Source: an uncultured Clostridia bacterium
Lineage (GTDB): Bacteria > Bacillota > Clostridia > Christensenellales > Borkfalkiaceae
Reading direction: 5' to 3'
NCBI GenBank assembly: GCA_947629535.1
Contig: CANREC010000002.1
Coordinates: 265 to 64,264, forward strand
DNA length: 64,000 nt
Shown: in pieces, positions 24,453-34,551 of the stretch
How the letters are laid out: every line of letters begins with the position of its first letter
Position numbering within the stretch: position 1 is the stretch's first letter
Position numbers and translations under genes: made by a program
Notes under the pieces: model-generated
What the model was told of the DNA's origin: nothing
The model's input: only the letters and a program-made list of their open reading frames with translations
Database searches by the model: none

Positions 24453-27011
24453 ATGGGACTTTCACCTATGATGGAACACTGGAAAAAGGTCAAGGAGGCG
24501 CATCCCGACTGTCTTGTCTTTTACCGTTTGGGAGACTTTTACGAGATGTTTTTCGGGGACGCCGAGAAGGCGAGCAAGATCCTCGATCTCACCTTGACGG
24601 GCCGTGACTGCGGCCTTCAGGAACGTGCCCCGATGTGCGGCGTTCCCTATCATGCCGTCGACACATACATTCAGAAACTTGTGGACGCGGGGGAGAAGGT
24701 CGCGATCTGCGAACAGCTTTCCGACCCCAAAGAAACAAAGGGAATGGTCGACCGCGACGTCATCCGCATCGTGACGGCGGGGACGGTCACCGAAGAGAGC
24801 CTGCTCGACGAAAAGAGGAACAACTATATCGCCTGCGCCTACAAAAAGAACGGAAGGTACGCCTTGGCGTGGGCGGATATCACGACGGGGGACTTTTCCT
24901 GCTGTGAGCTCACAGGCGCCGAGCGGTGCATCTCCGCACTCGTGAATCTTTCGGTCGCAGAGGTCATCTGCAACGATGATTTCCTCTTCGAGACTAAGGA
25001 GTGCGCAGAAGTGACGCGCGGCGTCCTGCCGCCTTTCTCCTGCTATCTTCCCTATGCGTTCCATCTCGTGAGTGCGGAAAAGACGTTGAAGGACGCGCTC
25101 TCCGTCGCGTCGATGGACGCCTTGGGCCTTGCGGGGCATGAGGAGGCGGCGATCGCGGCGGGAGCTCTCCTTTCCTACCTCTTGGAGACGCAGAAACACG
25201 CTCTCAAGAACATCAACGCCCTGCGGTTCAATGACGGTTCCGAATACATGACTTTGGATCCGTCCGCGCTCCGCAATCTCGAGATCTTGCGGAACAACGG
25301 AGAGGGCAAGAAGTACGGTTCTCTCCTTTGGCTGCTTGACAGGACAAAGACGGGCATGGGGGCGCGGAAACTTTCGTCTATTCTCCTGAATCCTCTGAAG
25401 AATATCGGCCGCATCGACCAAAGGCTTGACGCCGTCGATGAACTCTTTCATGCGGGCGTGGTCCGCATGGGCCTCGAGGACATGCTCGGCGGCATGCGGG
25501 ACATCGAACGGCTCACAGGCAGGATCTCTAACGGCAATCTGCAGCCGAGGGACTGTCTGGCGCTTTCTTCGTCCCTTGCGGTCGTGCCGAATATCAAATT
25601 TCAACTGAGCGGATTCAATTCCCACCTTCTCGTCTCGATCGCGGGCCGCATGGCGGACACGCGGGAGATGTGCGCACTTATCGACAGTGCGATCGACCCC
25701 AATGCCACGACGTTGAAAGAGGGGGGCTACATCAAGGCGGGATACAATGAACAACTCGACGCGCTCCGCGACGTCAAAGTAAAGGGCAAGGCGCTCCTCA
25801 CCGAACTCGAGGCGCGGGAAAGGGAAAAGACGGGGATAAGGACGCTCAAGATCGGCTATAACCGTGTGTTCGGGTATTATATCGAGGTCAGCAATTCCTT
25901 CAAGGACCGTGTGCCCTATTCCTATACGAGGAAACAGACTTTAGCGAACGGGGAACGCTATATCAGCGACGAACTCAAGGAGCTCGAGACCAAGATCCTT
26001 GGCAGCGACGATCAAGCGAGGCGCCTCGAGGAACATCTCTACCACGAACTTCTCGAAATTTTGGAAAAGAACATCGCAGTCTTTCAAAAGATCGCCGTGG
26101 CGATCGCCGAGCTCGACGTTCTCGTTTCCTTTGCGACGATCGCGAAGGAGAACAAGTATACCCGTCCCAAGCTTACGGAGACGGGTGCGCTCGAGATCGA
26201 AGAGGGGCGGCATCCCGTCGTCGAGGCGATATCCAAGGAGAGATTTGTCCCGAACGACTGCATTTTGGATAACGGTGAAAACCGCACGATGATCCTCACG
26301 GGCCCCAATATGGCGGGCAAGAGCACCTATCTGAGGCAGAATGCCCTCATCGTCTTTATGGCGCATGTCGGGAGTTTCGTTCCCGCAAAGAGGGCCGTCG
26401 TGCCTCTGACGGACAGGATCTATACCCGCATCGGCGCGAGCGACAACCTCATCTTCGACCGCAGCACCTTTATGGTGGAGATGACAGAGGTCGCCAACAT
26501 TTTGAGAAACGCCACGGAAAAGAGTTTGCTCATTCTCGACGAAGTCGGCAGGGGGACGAGCACCTTCGACGGCCTCTCTATCGCCTGGGCGGTCATCGAA
26601 TATCTGACCGAAAATGTCCGCGCCAAGACGCTCTTTGCTACCCATTACCATGAGCTCACCGAACTTGAGGGGAAACTCGAAGGCGTCAAAAATTACAAGA
26701 TCAACGTGAGGGAGATCGCGGGGAGCATCGTCTTTCTTCGGAAGATCGTGCGCGGCGGCGCGTCCCGCTCCTTCGGCGTGGAAGTGGCGGCGCTTGCGGG
26801 CGTTCCCGAGGCCGTCACGACGCGTGCCAAGGCTATTTTGCGCTCTCTCGAGAGAAAAGACAGGTCCCGCGCAGACGCCGAGGAGGAAGAGGTCCCCGAA
26901 GAGGAAGGAACGCTTGACCTCAGGGAAGAATTGAACGGGCTGGACGTCAATTCTCTCACGCCGCTGCAGGCTCTCGCGCTGATTTCCGAATGGAAGGAGA
27001 AACTCAAATGA
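24453..27011 (+). CDS. mutS: DNA mismatch repair protein MutS
   Basis: SD GGAGGA plus ATG at 24453. Motifs TPMMEHW-like N-terminus, GDFYEMF and Walker A GPNMAGKST. Confidence 0.95.
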   Translation: MGLSPMMEHWKKVKEAHPDCLVFYRLGDFYEMFFGDAEKASKILDLTLTGRDCGLQERAPMCGVPYHAVDTYIQKLVDAGEKVAICEQLSDPKETKGMVDRDVIRIVTAGTVTEESLLDEKRNNYIACAYKKNGRYALAWADITTGDFSCCELTGAERCISALVNLSVAEVICNDDFLFETKECAEVTRGVLPPFSCYLPYAFHLVSAEKTLKDALSVASMDALGLAGHEEAAIAAGALLSYLLETQKHALKNINALRFNDGSEYMTLDPSALRNLEILRNNGEGKKYGSLLWLLDRTKTGMGARKLSSILLNPLKNIGRIDQRLDAVDELFHAGVVRMGLEDMLGGMRDIERLTGRISNGNLQPRDCLALSSSLAVVPNIKFQLSGFNSHLLVSIAGRMADTREMCALIDSAIDPNATTLKEGGYIKAGYNEQLDALRDVKVKGKALLTELEAREREKTGIRTLKIGYNRVFGYYIEVSNSFKDRVPYSYTRKQTLANGERYISDELKELETKILGSDDQARRLEEHLYHELLEILEKNIAVFQKIAVAIAELDVLVSFATIAKENKYTRPKLTETGALEIEEGRHPVVEAISKERFVPNDCILDNGENRTMILTGPNMAGKSTYLRQNALIVFMAHVGSFVPAKRAVVPLTDRIYTRIGASDNLIFDRSTFMVEMTEVANILRNATEKSLLILDEVGRGTSTFDGLSIAWAVIEYLTENVRAKTLFATHYHELTELEGKLEGVKNYKINVREIAGSIVFLRKIVRGGASRSFGVEVAALAGVPEAVTTRAKAILRSLERKDRSRADAEEEEVPEEEGTLDLREELNGLDVNSLTPLQALALISEWKEKLK

Positions 27012-28879
27012 TCAATATCCTGTCTCCCTCTGTCTATAACCGCATTGCGGCGGGCGAAGTCGTCGACCGTCCCTATTCCGTCGTCAAGGAACTCGTCGAG
27101 AACGCCATCGACGCGGGCGCGACGGAGATCGACGTCGAGATCGAGAACGGCGGAAAGCAGAAGATCCGCGTCGTCGACAACGGCTGCGGCATCGAAAAGG
27201 ACGAACTTGAAAAGGCGTATCGGCCGCACGCGACGAGCAAGCTCCTCGAGGCGGAAGACCTCTTCACCGTTTCTACGTTGGGTTTCCGCGGGGAGGCCAT
27301 CGCCTCGATCGCCTCTGTTTCCCGCATGAGGATCGTCTCCGATGCGGGAGAAGGAGCGTATATGCTTGCCTGCGAGGGCGGGCAGCTCGGCAAAGTTCAA
27401 CCTTCGGCGGGAGCCAAGGGAACGGAAGTCACCGTCAATGACCTCTTCTATAATACGCCCGCGCGGCTGAAGTTTTTGAAATCTGACAGTCAGGAGGAAG
27501 GGGATGTCTCCAACATGATGGCGCGTTTCATTCTCTCCCGCCCCGAGATCTCCTTTACCTACACGACGAACGGAAAACTGAAATTCCGCTCCCTCGGAGA
27601 CGGCCTTCCCTCCGCCATTGCGGTCGTCTACGGCGCCGCGACGCTCGGCGAATGCCTTGAGATCGCCGCCGACAAGCACGGGATCCGCCTTCACGGTTTC
27701 ATCGGGAACAGAAATTTTTCCAAACCGAACAGGACATACCAGAGCCTGTTCGTCAACGGCCGCTATGTCGTCAACCAGACAGTCGCAGCCGCCGTTACAA
27801 ACGCCTATGCCGCCTATCTCATGAAGAGACAGTATCCCTTCTATGTGCTCTTTCTCGACGTTCCGCAGGAGATCGTTGACGTCAACGTGCACCCGAACAA
27901 GGCGGATGTCCGTTTTCAGGACAACCAGATCATCTATGGCAGCGTGTATTCGGTCATCTCCTCTGTGCTTGACGGAAATTCGCGCGCGGTCGAGTATCTT
28001 GTGGGCGTGAAAGAAGAGCTCGAACGGGAAAAAGCGGCAGAGGAGCAGGGCGATACTCCCGCTCCCGCCCCCGCACAGCAGCTCCGCATGACCTATGAAG
28101 AGGCAAAGAAGGAGCTCGCATTCGACGTCTCTCCCGTCAAAAACGGGCCCTCGGAGCCGAGATTTTACACGCCCGATCCCATACGGTATGCCGTCCACTC
28201 CCCGGAAACGGCCGCAGGCGTCGCGGCGGACGAGGACGTCTTTGCGGCCAACCGAAAGATGCTCTTGGAGCAGGACCGCAGATCCGAACAGGAGAAGGTC
28301 GACGTCAAGGGGCTGCAATTCAAGGGCGAGCTCTTTCATACCTATCTCTTTTTCGAGGCGGGGGATGAGGCGTACATCGTCGATCAGCATGCCGCACACG
28401 AGCGCATTCTTTACGACAGATTACAGGCAAAGCTCGCGAACCGTTCGGTCATCTCCCAACCGATGCTCGTTCCGTATCTCGTGGACTTGAATGCGGCGGA
28501 GTACGCCTTTCTCACCAAGAATTTTGCTGTTTTGCGGGAAATGGGATTCGATATCGAGGAATTTGGGAGCGGATGCGTCAAAGTTTCCGCCATTCCCGCC
28601 GATCTTATGGGGATGGATCTTGCGTCGTTCTTCGCTGAAGTGCTTTCATCCATGGAATCTCTGCGGGCCATCCGCCTTGCGGAGATCTTGAAGGACAAGC
28701 TCGCGTCGGCTGCCTGTAAAGCGGCCGTCAAGGGCGGAGAATTTCTCACAGAAGAAGAGGCCAAGAAACTCTTGGAGCGCATGAACGGCGACATGGGCCT
28801 CAAGTGTCCGCACGGACGTCCCGTTGCCGTCAAGGTCAAAAAGACGGAGATGGAGAAACTCTTCAAACGCATCGTATGA
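27008..28879 (+). CDS. mutL: DNA mismatch repair protein MutL
   Basis: N-terminus MINILSPSVYNRIAAGEVVDRP, then GFRGEAL-type and DQHAAHERI motifs. The start overlaps the mutS stop (ATGA). Confidence 0.95.
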   Translation: MINILSPSVYNRIAAGEVVDRPYSVVKELVENAIDAGATEIDVEIENGGKQKIRVVDNGCGIEKDELEKAYRPHATSKLLEAEDLFTVSTLGFRGEAIASIASVSRMRIVSDAGEGAYMLACEGGQLGKVQPSAGAKGTEVTVNDLFYNTPARLKFLKSDSQEEGDVSNMMARFILSRPEISFTYTTNGKLKFRSLGDGLPSAIAVVYGAATLGECLEIAADKHGIRLHGFIGNRNFSKPNRTYQSLFVNGRYVVNQTVAAAVTNAYAAYLMKRQYPFYVLFLDVPQEIVDVNVHPNKADVRFQDNQIIYGSVYSVISSVLDGNSRAVEYLVGVKEELEREKAAEEQGDTPAPAPAQQLRMTYEEAKKELAFDVSPVKNGPSEPRFYTPDPIRYAVHSPETAAGVAADEDVFAANRKMLLEQDRRSEQEKVDVKGLQFKGELFHTYLFFEAGDEAYIVDQHAAHERILYDRLQAKLANRSVISQPMLVPYLVDLNAAEYAFLTKNFAVLREMGFDIEEFGSGCVKVSAIPADLMGMDLASFFAEVLSSMESLRAIRLAEILKDKLASAACKAAVKGGEFLTEEEAKKLLERMNGDMGLKCPHGRPVAVKVKKTEMEKLFKRIV

Positions 28880-29787
28880 AAAAATTGCTCGTCATCTGCG
28901 GCCCGACCGCGTCGGGGAAAACGGCTCTTGCCGTACAGTGTGCCCGCCTTTTGGACGGGGAGATCGTCTCCTGTGACGCCCTGCTTATCTATCGCGGCCT
29001 CGAGATCGGCACCGCAAAGCCTACAAAAGAGGAAATGGGGGGCATTCCGCACCACATGATCGACGCCGTAGCGCCCACGGAGAACTTTTCGGTCAGCGAT
29101 TTCGAGAGAATGGCGTTACCGATCGTAGAGGACATTCTCGCGCGGGGGAAAGTTCCCATTCTCTGCGGCGGCACGGGGTTTTATCTCAATTCCATTCTCT
29201 TTCATCACGCTTTCGGGAACGCACCCGCCGATGCGGAGATACGGAATAAGTACGAAAAAATCGCCGAGAGGGATGGGAAAGAGGCCCTGCATGACATTTT
29301 GCGGCGCGTCGACCCCGAAAGCGCGGAAAAACTGCATACAAACGACGTGAAACGGGTCGTCCGTGCGCTCGAGATCTATGAGCTTACGGGGAAAAAGAAA
29401 TCGGAGCAGAACGACGGCGACATTCCCCGCTATCCCTTTTTCGCCTTTGCGTTCGATTATCCGCGAGAGGAACTCTACCGCCGCATTGAACGGCGCGTGG
29501 ATGAAATGTTTGAGCGGGGGCTCATTAAAGAAGTTGAATCTCTTTTACAAAGCGGGGTGCCTGAGGATGCCCAATGTATGCAGGGGATCGGTTACAAAGA
29601 GATCGTTGAAGGGCTGAAAAATGGCGATTTGCAAAGTACTATGTCAGACATAATCAAGAAAAATACCCGTAATTATGCCAAAAGACAGGAAACCTTCTTC
29701 AACAAAATGAAAAATCTTTACAGGATCGCACCGAGCGATGCCGAAACAGCAGCAAGAGAGGTAATTAAGATATATGGACATCAATGA
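28876..29787 (+). CDS. miaA: tRNA dimethylallyltransferase
   Basis: MKKLLVICGPTASGKTALAV P-loop, and NYAKRQETFF near the C-terminus. The start overlaps the mutL stop. Confidence 0.92.
   Translation: MKKLLVICGPTASGKTALAVQCARLLDGEIVSCDALLIYRGLEIGTAKPTKEEMGGIPHHMIDAVAPTENFSVSDFERMALPIVEDILARGKVPILCGGTGFYLNSILFHHAFGNAPADAEIRNKYEKIAERDGKEALHDILRRVDPESAEKLHTNDVKRVVRALEIYELTGKKKSEQNDGDIPRYPFFAFAFDYPREELYRRIERRVDEMFERGLIKEVESLLQSGVPEDAQCMQGIGYKEIVEGLKNGDLQSTMSDIIKKNTRNYAKRQETFFNKMKNLYRIAPSDAETAAREVIKIYGHQ
29635..29655. repeat. Palindrome copy 2: AGTACTATGTC-A-GACATAATC inside the miaA CDS
   Basis: Shares TATGTCAGACATAAT and the upstream TTTGCAAAGTA with copies 1 and 3. It lies about 120 nt upstream of the next gene start (29774). 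Confidence 0.55.
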
Positions 29788-30997
29788 ACTTATCTGTTCT
29801 GCCGAAACTGACTTGAGAGGCAGGTTCGAAGAGATCGACGGGGTCGCGCTCTTCAATCAAGAGAAAGTCTTGAATGCCTTTCGTAAGGAGCAGATCGCCC
29901 TCCGCCACTTTGCGCCGAGCACGGGATATGGCTACGGCGACGAGGGAAGAGAGGCGCTCGGCAATGTCTACGCCCACGCGTTCGGTGCGGAGAAGGCCAT
30001 CGTCTCTCCCGCGCTCCTTTCAGGGACGCACGCTCTGACCGTCGCGCTCTTCGGCGTGCTCCGTCCGGGCATGCGCATTCTCTTCGTGACAGGCGCACCG
30101 TACGACACCATCCGCCCCGTCATCTGGGGGGAGGGAAACGGCTCTCTTGCCGACTTCGGCGTCGATTTCAACCTCATTTCGTTGACCGAGGAGGGCAAGA
30201 TCGACCTTGAAAATGTCGCCGCCCACCTCAATATGTGGCATTTTGACATGATCTACGTTCAGCGCTCGCGCGGATATGAACTCCGCGACGCCTTTTCCGT
30301 CGAAGAGATCGGGCAGCTTTGCTCTTTTGTGCGTAAAAATGGCTTTGAGGGCTGTATCTTTGTGGATAATTGCTACGGTGAATTTGTCGAAAAGACAGAA
30401 CCGACCGAGGTCGGCGCCGATCTCATCGCTGGGAGCCTCATCAAGAATCCCGGTGGCGGCCTCGCCCCCACGGGCGGTTATATCGCTGGCAAGGAGAAAT
30501 ACGTTGAACTCTGCGAGTACCGTCTCACGGCTCCCTCCGTCGGAGGGGAGATCGGGTCGTATGCCTATGGATATCAGCCCTATTTTCAGGGTTTCTTCCT
30601 CGCACCGCACGTCGTTGCACAGTCTCTCAAAGGGGGACTTCTCATCGGCAGGTGTATGGAACTTCTCGGCTACGAGAATTTCCCCGCTACGGACAAGCCG
30701 CTTTCGGACATCACCCGTGCCATCCGTTTCAATACCGAAAAGGAGCTCTGCGACTTCATCCAGTCGGTGCAGGACGTCTCTCCCGTCGATTCTTTCGTGA
30801 AACTGGAGCCGTGGGACATGCCGGGGTATGACGATAAAGTCATCATGGCCGCCGGGACCTTTGTTGCGGGGGCGAGCATCGAACTCTCCGCCGATGCTCC
30901 CATCCGTAAACCCTACACCGCTTATTTTCAGGGCGGTCTCACCTATGAACACTGCAAGCTCGCTTGCCGCGCCGTGCTTGGAAAACTTCTCAAGTGA
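29774..30997 (+). CDS. Methionine-gamma-lyase-family PLP protein (YnbB / aluminium-resistance-protein family)
   Basis: 407 aa. N-terminal pattern ...FNQEKVLNAFRKEQIALRHFAPSTGYGYGDEGRE is typical of this family. Confidence 0.75.
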   Translation: MDINELICSAETDLRGRFEEIDGVALFNQEKVLNAFRKEQIALRHFAPSTGYGYGDEGREALGNVYAHAFGAEKAIVSPALLSGTHALTVALFGVLRPGMRILFVTGAPYDTIRPVIWGEGNGSLADFGVDFNLISLTEEGKIDLENVAAHLNMWHFDMIYVQRSRGYELRDAFSVEEIGQLCSFVRKNGFEGCIFVDNCYGEFVEKTEPTEVGADLIAGSLIKNPGGGLAPTGGYIAGKEKYVELCEYRLTAPSVGGEIGSYAYGYQPYFQGFFLAPHVVAQSLKGGLLIGRCMELLGYENFPATDKPLSDITRAIRFNTEKELCDFIQSVQDVSPVDSFVKLEPWDMPGYDDKVIMAAGTFVAGASIELSADAPIRKPYTAYFQGGLTYEHCKLACRAVLGKLLK

Positions 30998-31008
30998 ATT
31001 TTTGACGC

Positions 31009-31044
31009 AAAAACGCTCTCCCGAGGGGTCGGGAGAGCGTTTTC
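31009..31044. terminator. Bidirectional rho-independent terminator (ynbB-like gene / upp)
   Basis: 12-bp stem ACGCTCTCCCGA pairs with TCGGGAGAGCGT around a GGGG loop. An A-run lies on one side and a T-run on the other. Confidence 0.85.
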
Positions 31045-31072
31045 TCATAATTTTGTACTCTATTTTGTCCTC

Positions 31073-31702
31073 TTATTTTGTTCCGAATAATCTGTCGCCC
31101 GCGTCGCCGAGACCGGGGAGGATATATCCGTTTTCATTGAGGCAGCGATCGAGGGTGGAGACATAGATCTGCACGTCGGGATGTTCGCGTGCCACTCTCT
31201 CGACGCCCTCGGGGGCGCCGATGATGGACATGAGCTTGATGTGCTTGCAACCGCGCTTTTTGAGGGCCGAAAGGGCGTCGCAGGCAGAACCGCCCGTCGC
31301 AAGCATGGGATCGACGAGGAGCACCATCTTTTCCTCAATACCTTCGGGCAATTTACAATAATATACTTGCGGTTCGAGCGTCGTCTCGTCGCGGTACATG
31401 CCGATGTGCCCGACCTTGGCGTTCGGGAACACCTTGTGTACGCCGCTCACCATGCCGAGCCCTGCACGGAGAATGGGGACGATGGCAACGCTCCCCTCGG
31501 GGACGCGGTACTGACGCGTGACCTCAAGAGGGGTTTCTACGTCGACGGGCATGAGCTCTACATCCCGCATGCTCTCATAGGTCATGATGATGGTGATCTC
31601 TTCGATGAGTTCGCGGAACTCCTTCATGCCTGTATTCTTGTCGCGCAGAATGGCGATCTTGTGATTGATCAACGGGTGGTCGAAGATAAAAACATTTTTC
31701 AT
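31073..31702 (-). CDS. upp: Uracil phosphoribosyltransferase
   Basis: MKNVFIFDHPLINHKIAILRD start with SD GGAGGA. PRPP motif LVDPMLATGGS. Confidence 0.93.
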   Translation of the reverse strand: MKNVFIFDHPLINHKIAILRDKNTGMKEFRELIEEITIIMTYESMRDVELMPVDVETPLEVTRQYRVPEGSVAIVPILRAGLGMVSGVHKVFPNAKVGHIGMYRDETTLEPQVYYCKLPEGIEEKMVLLVDPMLATGGSACDALSALKKRGCKHIKLMSIIGAPEGVERVAREHPDVQIYVSTLDRCLNENGYILPGLGDAGDRLFGTK

Positions 31703-31742
31703 TTGATTCCTCCGCGGGACGGCTTGCCGCCATACTGCATGT

Positions 31743-31771
31743 ATCATATCATATTTCAAAGGAGAATACAA
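31743..31771 (-). promoter_or_regulatory. Candidate promoter of upp
   Basis: On the minus strand: TTGTAT, 17 nt, TATGAT. Confidence 0.45.
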
Positions 31772-31844
31772 GACCGCACACGCAAAAAATATAAAAAACC
31801 TGTAAAACTTGATGAAAATTTGTAAAATTTATCTGATTTCGGCA

Positions 31845-31894
31845 TTGACATTCTCAAAAATCTGTGATAGGATTATGATATCAAAATGATATCA
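31845..31894 (+). promoter_or_regulatory. Candidate promoter plus tandem ATGATATCA operator-like repeats upstream of the SPFH gene
   Basis: TTGACA (31845), 17 nt, TGaTAGGAT. Two copies of ATGATATCA follow (31875-31883, 31886-31894), each containing the palindrome TGATATCA, with an 11-nt period. Confidence 0.45.
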
Positions 31895-31906
31895 CATTCG
31901 GAGGAT

Positions 31907-32869
31907 ATGGAAATGGAAGAAAACAAGGCCGCAAGGCCGCTTAACGTCGTCGATGAACGTCCCGCCAAGCATGCGAACGGCTGGGTGATGCTGTTTGTCA
32001 TCATCGGCATGTTCATATGCGCTAACGTAATGTTCGCTCTCGGCATCGCTCTCGGCGTAGACGAGGGGGATCCCGCGCTCATCGCCCTGACGCCCGTCGG
32101 GTTGCTCATCTTCATCGCGGCCATCATCATGGCGTTCGGTTTCAAGCTCCTGCAACCCAACGAGGCCTACGTTCTCACGCTCTTCGGAAAATATTACGGG
32201 ACGCTCAAGACGGACGGTTTCTATTGGACGAATCCGTTCTGTTCGGCCGTCAATCCCGCAAGAGCGGTCGCGGGCGTCTCGAGGAAACTCTCCCTCAAGG
32301 CCATGACGCTCAACAACGACAAGCAGAAGGTCAACGACGAGGACGGCAATCCCATCGAGATCTCCGTAGTCGTCATCTGGCGCATCACCAACACCGCCCG
32401 CGCGGTCTTTAATGTGGAGAACTACATGTCCTACATCTCCACCCAGTGCGACGCGGCCATCCGTCAAGTCGCAAGGCAGTATCCTTACGACGTCTCTTCG
32501 AACGGGGACGAAAACTCTCTCCGTGGCAGTGCGCAGGAGATCGCGGCCATCCTTCGCGAGGAACTTCAGCAGCGCGTGGATATCGCGGGGATCGAGATCA
32601 TCGAGGCCCGTATTTCCCACCTTGCCTATGCGCCCGAGATCGCGGCGGCCATGTTGCAGCGTCAGCAGGCCTCCGCTATCATCGCGGCAAGGCAAAAGAT
32701 CGTCGAAGGGGCCGTCTCTATGGTGCAGATGGCGCTCAACAAGCTCTCTGAGGAGGACATCGTCGAGCTCGATGACGAGAGAAAAGCTCAGATGGTCTCC
32801 AACCTTCTCGTCGTGCTCTGCGGCAACCGCGACGCACAGCCCGTCGTCGGCACAGGGAGCATCTACTAA
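31907..32869 (+). CDS. SPFH/band-7 (stomatin-prohibitin-flotillin) domain membrane protein
   Basis: Two N-terminal TM segments, then an SPFH core (YVLTLFGKYYGT..., EIAAAMLQRQQA). The start is ambiguous (ATG at 31886, 31907 or 31913). GGAGGA at 31900 favours 31913. Confidence 0.8.
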   Translation: MEMEENKAARPLNVVDERPAKHANGWVMLFVIIGMFICANVMFALGIALGVDEGDPALIALTPVGLLIFIAAIIMAFGFKLLQPNEAYVLTLFGKYYGTLKTDGFYWTNPFCSAVNPARAVAGVSRKLSLKAMTLNNDKQKVNDEDGNPIEISVVVIWRITNTARAVFNVENYMSYISTQCDAAIRQVARQYPYDVSSNGDENSLRGSAQEIAAILREELQQRVDIAGIEIIEARISHLAYAPEIAAAMLQRQQASAIIAARQKIVEGAVSMVQMALNKLSEEDIVELDDERKAQMVSNLLVVLCGNRDAQPVVGTGSIY

Positions 32870-32884
32870 TTTTTTTGAAAGGAT

Positions 32885-33763
32885 ATGAAAAATCTCTTCG
32901 GCTTTCTCATCAAGGAAAAGGATCCCTGGCCTCTACCCGAACCCGATGGACGCGAATTCATCGTGCGGCGGGCGGAGGAGGGGATCAAGAGCCGTCTCTC
33001 CGCCATGGATCGCGAGGACGACAACGTGCAGAAGGCGGCAAATTTTCCGAAATGGCTGACACACGTCTTTGGGATCATGCTGCTATGCGGTGTTTTGCTC
33101 CTCGGCATTGCCCTCGAGCTCATGGGTGAGGAAGATATGACCTATGAGATCGCCGTCTCATATGGGTTTTGGTGGTTTGTCGGTTTCGGCGGGGGACTCA
33201 CACTGATCTCGGCCGTGTTCTTTGTTATCCAAGCCTTTCACAGGAAGGCCGTGATGAACTCTTCCGCCGTCAAGGAGCATGAGAGCAGGTTCGAAAAAAT
33301 CAAAAGGGAGGCTCTCGACAGCATGCTCGTGCCGCAGGACGCCGTCTCCGTAGACGTCTTCACTTTTCCCTACAGGATCAAAAACGGGAAGGAGAGGGGG
33401 ACGTTGCTGTCGGGTTGTCTTGCGAATCTTCCGCTCCATGCCTTCCGCGACGGGGAAACGCTCTGTCTTGCAGGGGATTCCTATGTCGTCCGCATACCGT
33501 ATGATGTCATCGAGTCGGTCGCATGTGTTCGGCAAAGGACTGTGTTCATGGGGTGGAACAAGGGGGAGAAGTACAACAAGGGGACCTTCAAGCCCTATAA
33601 GATCCGCATGAACAGCAACGGGCAGATGTTTGCAAAGTTTTGCTATCGAGTGGAGATCCGCGGCAGTGAGATGTTTGAACTCCTCATCCCGCCCTATGAA
33701 TTCGAGACGCTTGCGCCCATGCTCGGCTACAAGGCGCTCACCGTCGTTGATGTAAAAGAATAA
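32885..33763 (+). CDS. Hypothetical 2-TM membrane protein with a ~170-aa C-terminal domain
   Basis: 292-aa ORF, 15 nt after the SPFH gene. No recognisable motif. Confidence 0.6.
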   Translation: MKNLFGFLIKEKDPWPLPEPDGREFIVRRAEEGIKSRLSAMDREDDNVQKAANFPKWLTHVFGIMLLCGVLLLGIALELMGEEDMTYEIAVSYGFWWFVGFGGGLTLISAVFFVIQAFHRKAVMNSSAVKEHESRFEKIKREALDSMLVPQDAVSVDVFTFPYRIKNGKERGTLLSGCLANLPLHAFRDGETLCLAGDSYVVRIPYDVIESVACVRQRTVFMGWNKGEKYNKGTFKPYKIRMNSNGQMFAKFCYRVEIRGSEMFELLIPPYEFETLAPMLGYKALTVVDVKE

Positions 33764-33774
33764 CAGAGGTTGGT

Positions 33775-34551
33775 ATGCCCGAAGAAATCGTACGGGCGGA
33801 AGGGCTCAAAAAGACCTTCACGCTCTCCAAAAAGCAACAAAAAATCGAAAAAACGGGGGAGACGCGGCGGATCGCCGTCAACGGACTTTCCTTTTCGGCC
33901 TATCGCGGCGAGATCTACGGTCTGCTCGGGCCCAACGGCGCGGGAAAGACGACGACGCTCCGCATGCTCTCCACGCTGATCCGTCCCGATGCGGGCGACG
34001 CTGTGATCTGCGGCCATTCGGTCGTGAAGGAGCCCGCAAAGGTGCGCGACGAGATCGGATTCATGACGAGCGAATTAAAGCTCGAGGGATTCTTCACGCC
34101 CGATTATCTCTTTGACTTCTTCGGCGCCATGCACGGTGTGGAGAAGGGGATCCTTCAACAGAGGAAGAGGGAGCTCTTTTCCAAGTTCGGTATCGACAGA
34201 TTCGCCGAAGTGCAGGTCAAGGACCTCTCGACGGGCATGCTCCAGAAAGTCTCGCTCGTCATCTCCATCGTGCATGACCCGTCCGTCATCATCTTTGACG
34301 AACCCACGAACGGGCTCGATGTGCTGACTGCCAAGGTCGTTACGGACTTTCTCGCCGAGCTCAAGGCGATGGGCAAGAGCATTTTGCTCTCCACGCACAT
34401 CTTTTCGCTCGTAGAAAAGATCTGTGACCGCGTCGGCATCATCCTTGACGGAAAAATGGCGGCAGAGGGCTCCCTCGAAGAGATCGCACAGGGGGATCTT
34501 GAGAAGAGCTTTTTCGACCTGTACTACAGCATCAAGGGGGAGACGGTATGA
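33775..34551 (+). CDS. ABC transporter ATP-binding protein (ABC-2 / NatA-like)
   Basis: Walker A GPNGAGKTT, signature LSTGMLQKV, Walker B IIFDEP. Confidence 0.88.
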   Translation: MPEEIVRAEGLKKTFTLSKKQQKIEKTGETRRIAVNGLSFSAYRGEIYGLLGPNGAGKTTTLRMLSTLIRPDAGDAVICGHSVVKEPAKVRDEIGFMTSELKLEGFFTPDYLFDFFGAMHGVEKGILQQRKRELFSKFGIDRFAEVQVKDLSTGMLQKVSLVISIVHDPSVIIFDEPTNGLDVLTAKVVTDFLAELKAMGKSILLSTHIFSLVEKICDRVGIILDGKMAAEGSLEEIAQGDLEKSFFDLYYSIKGETV

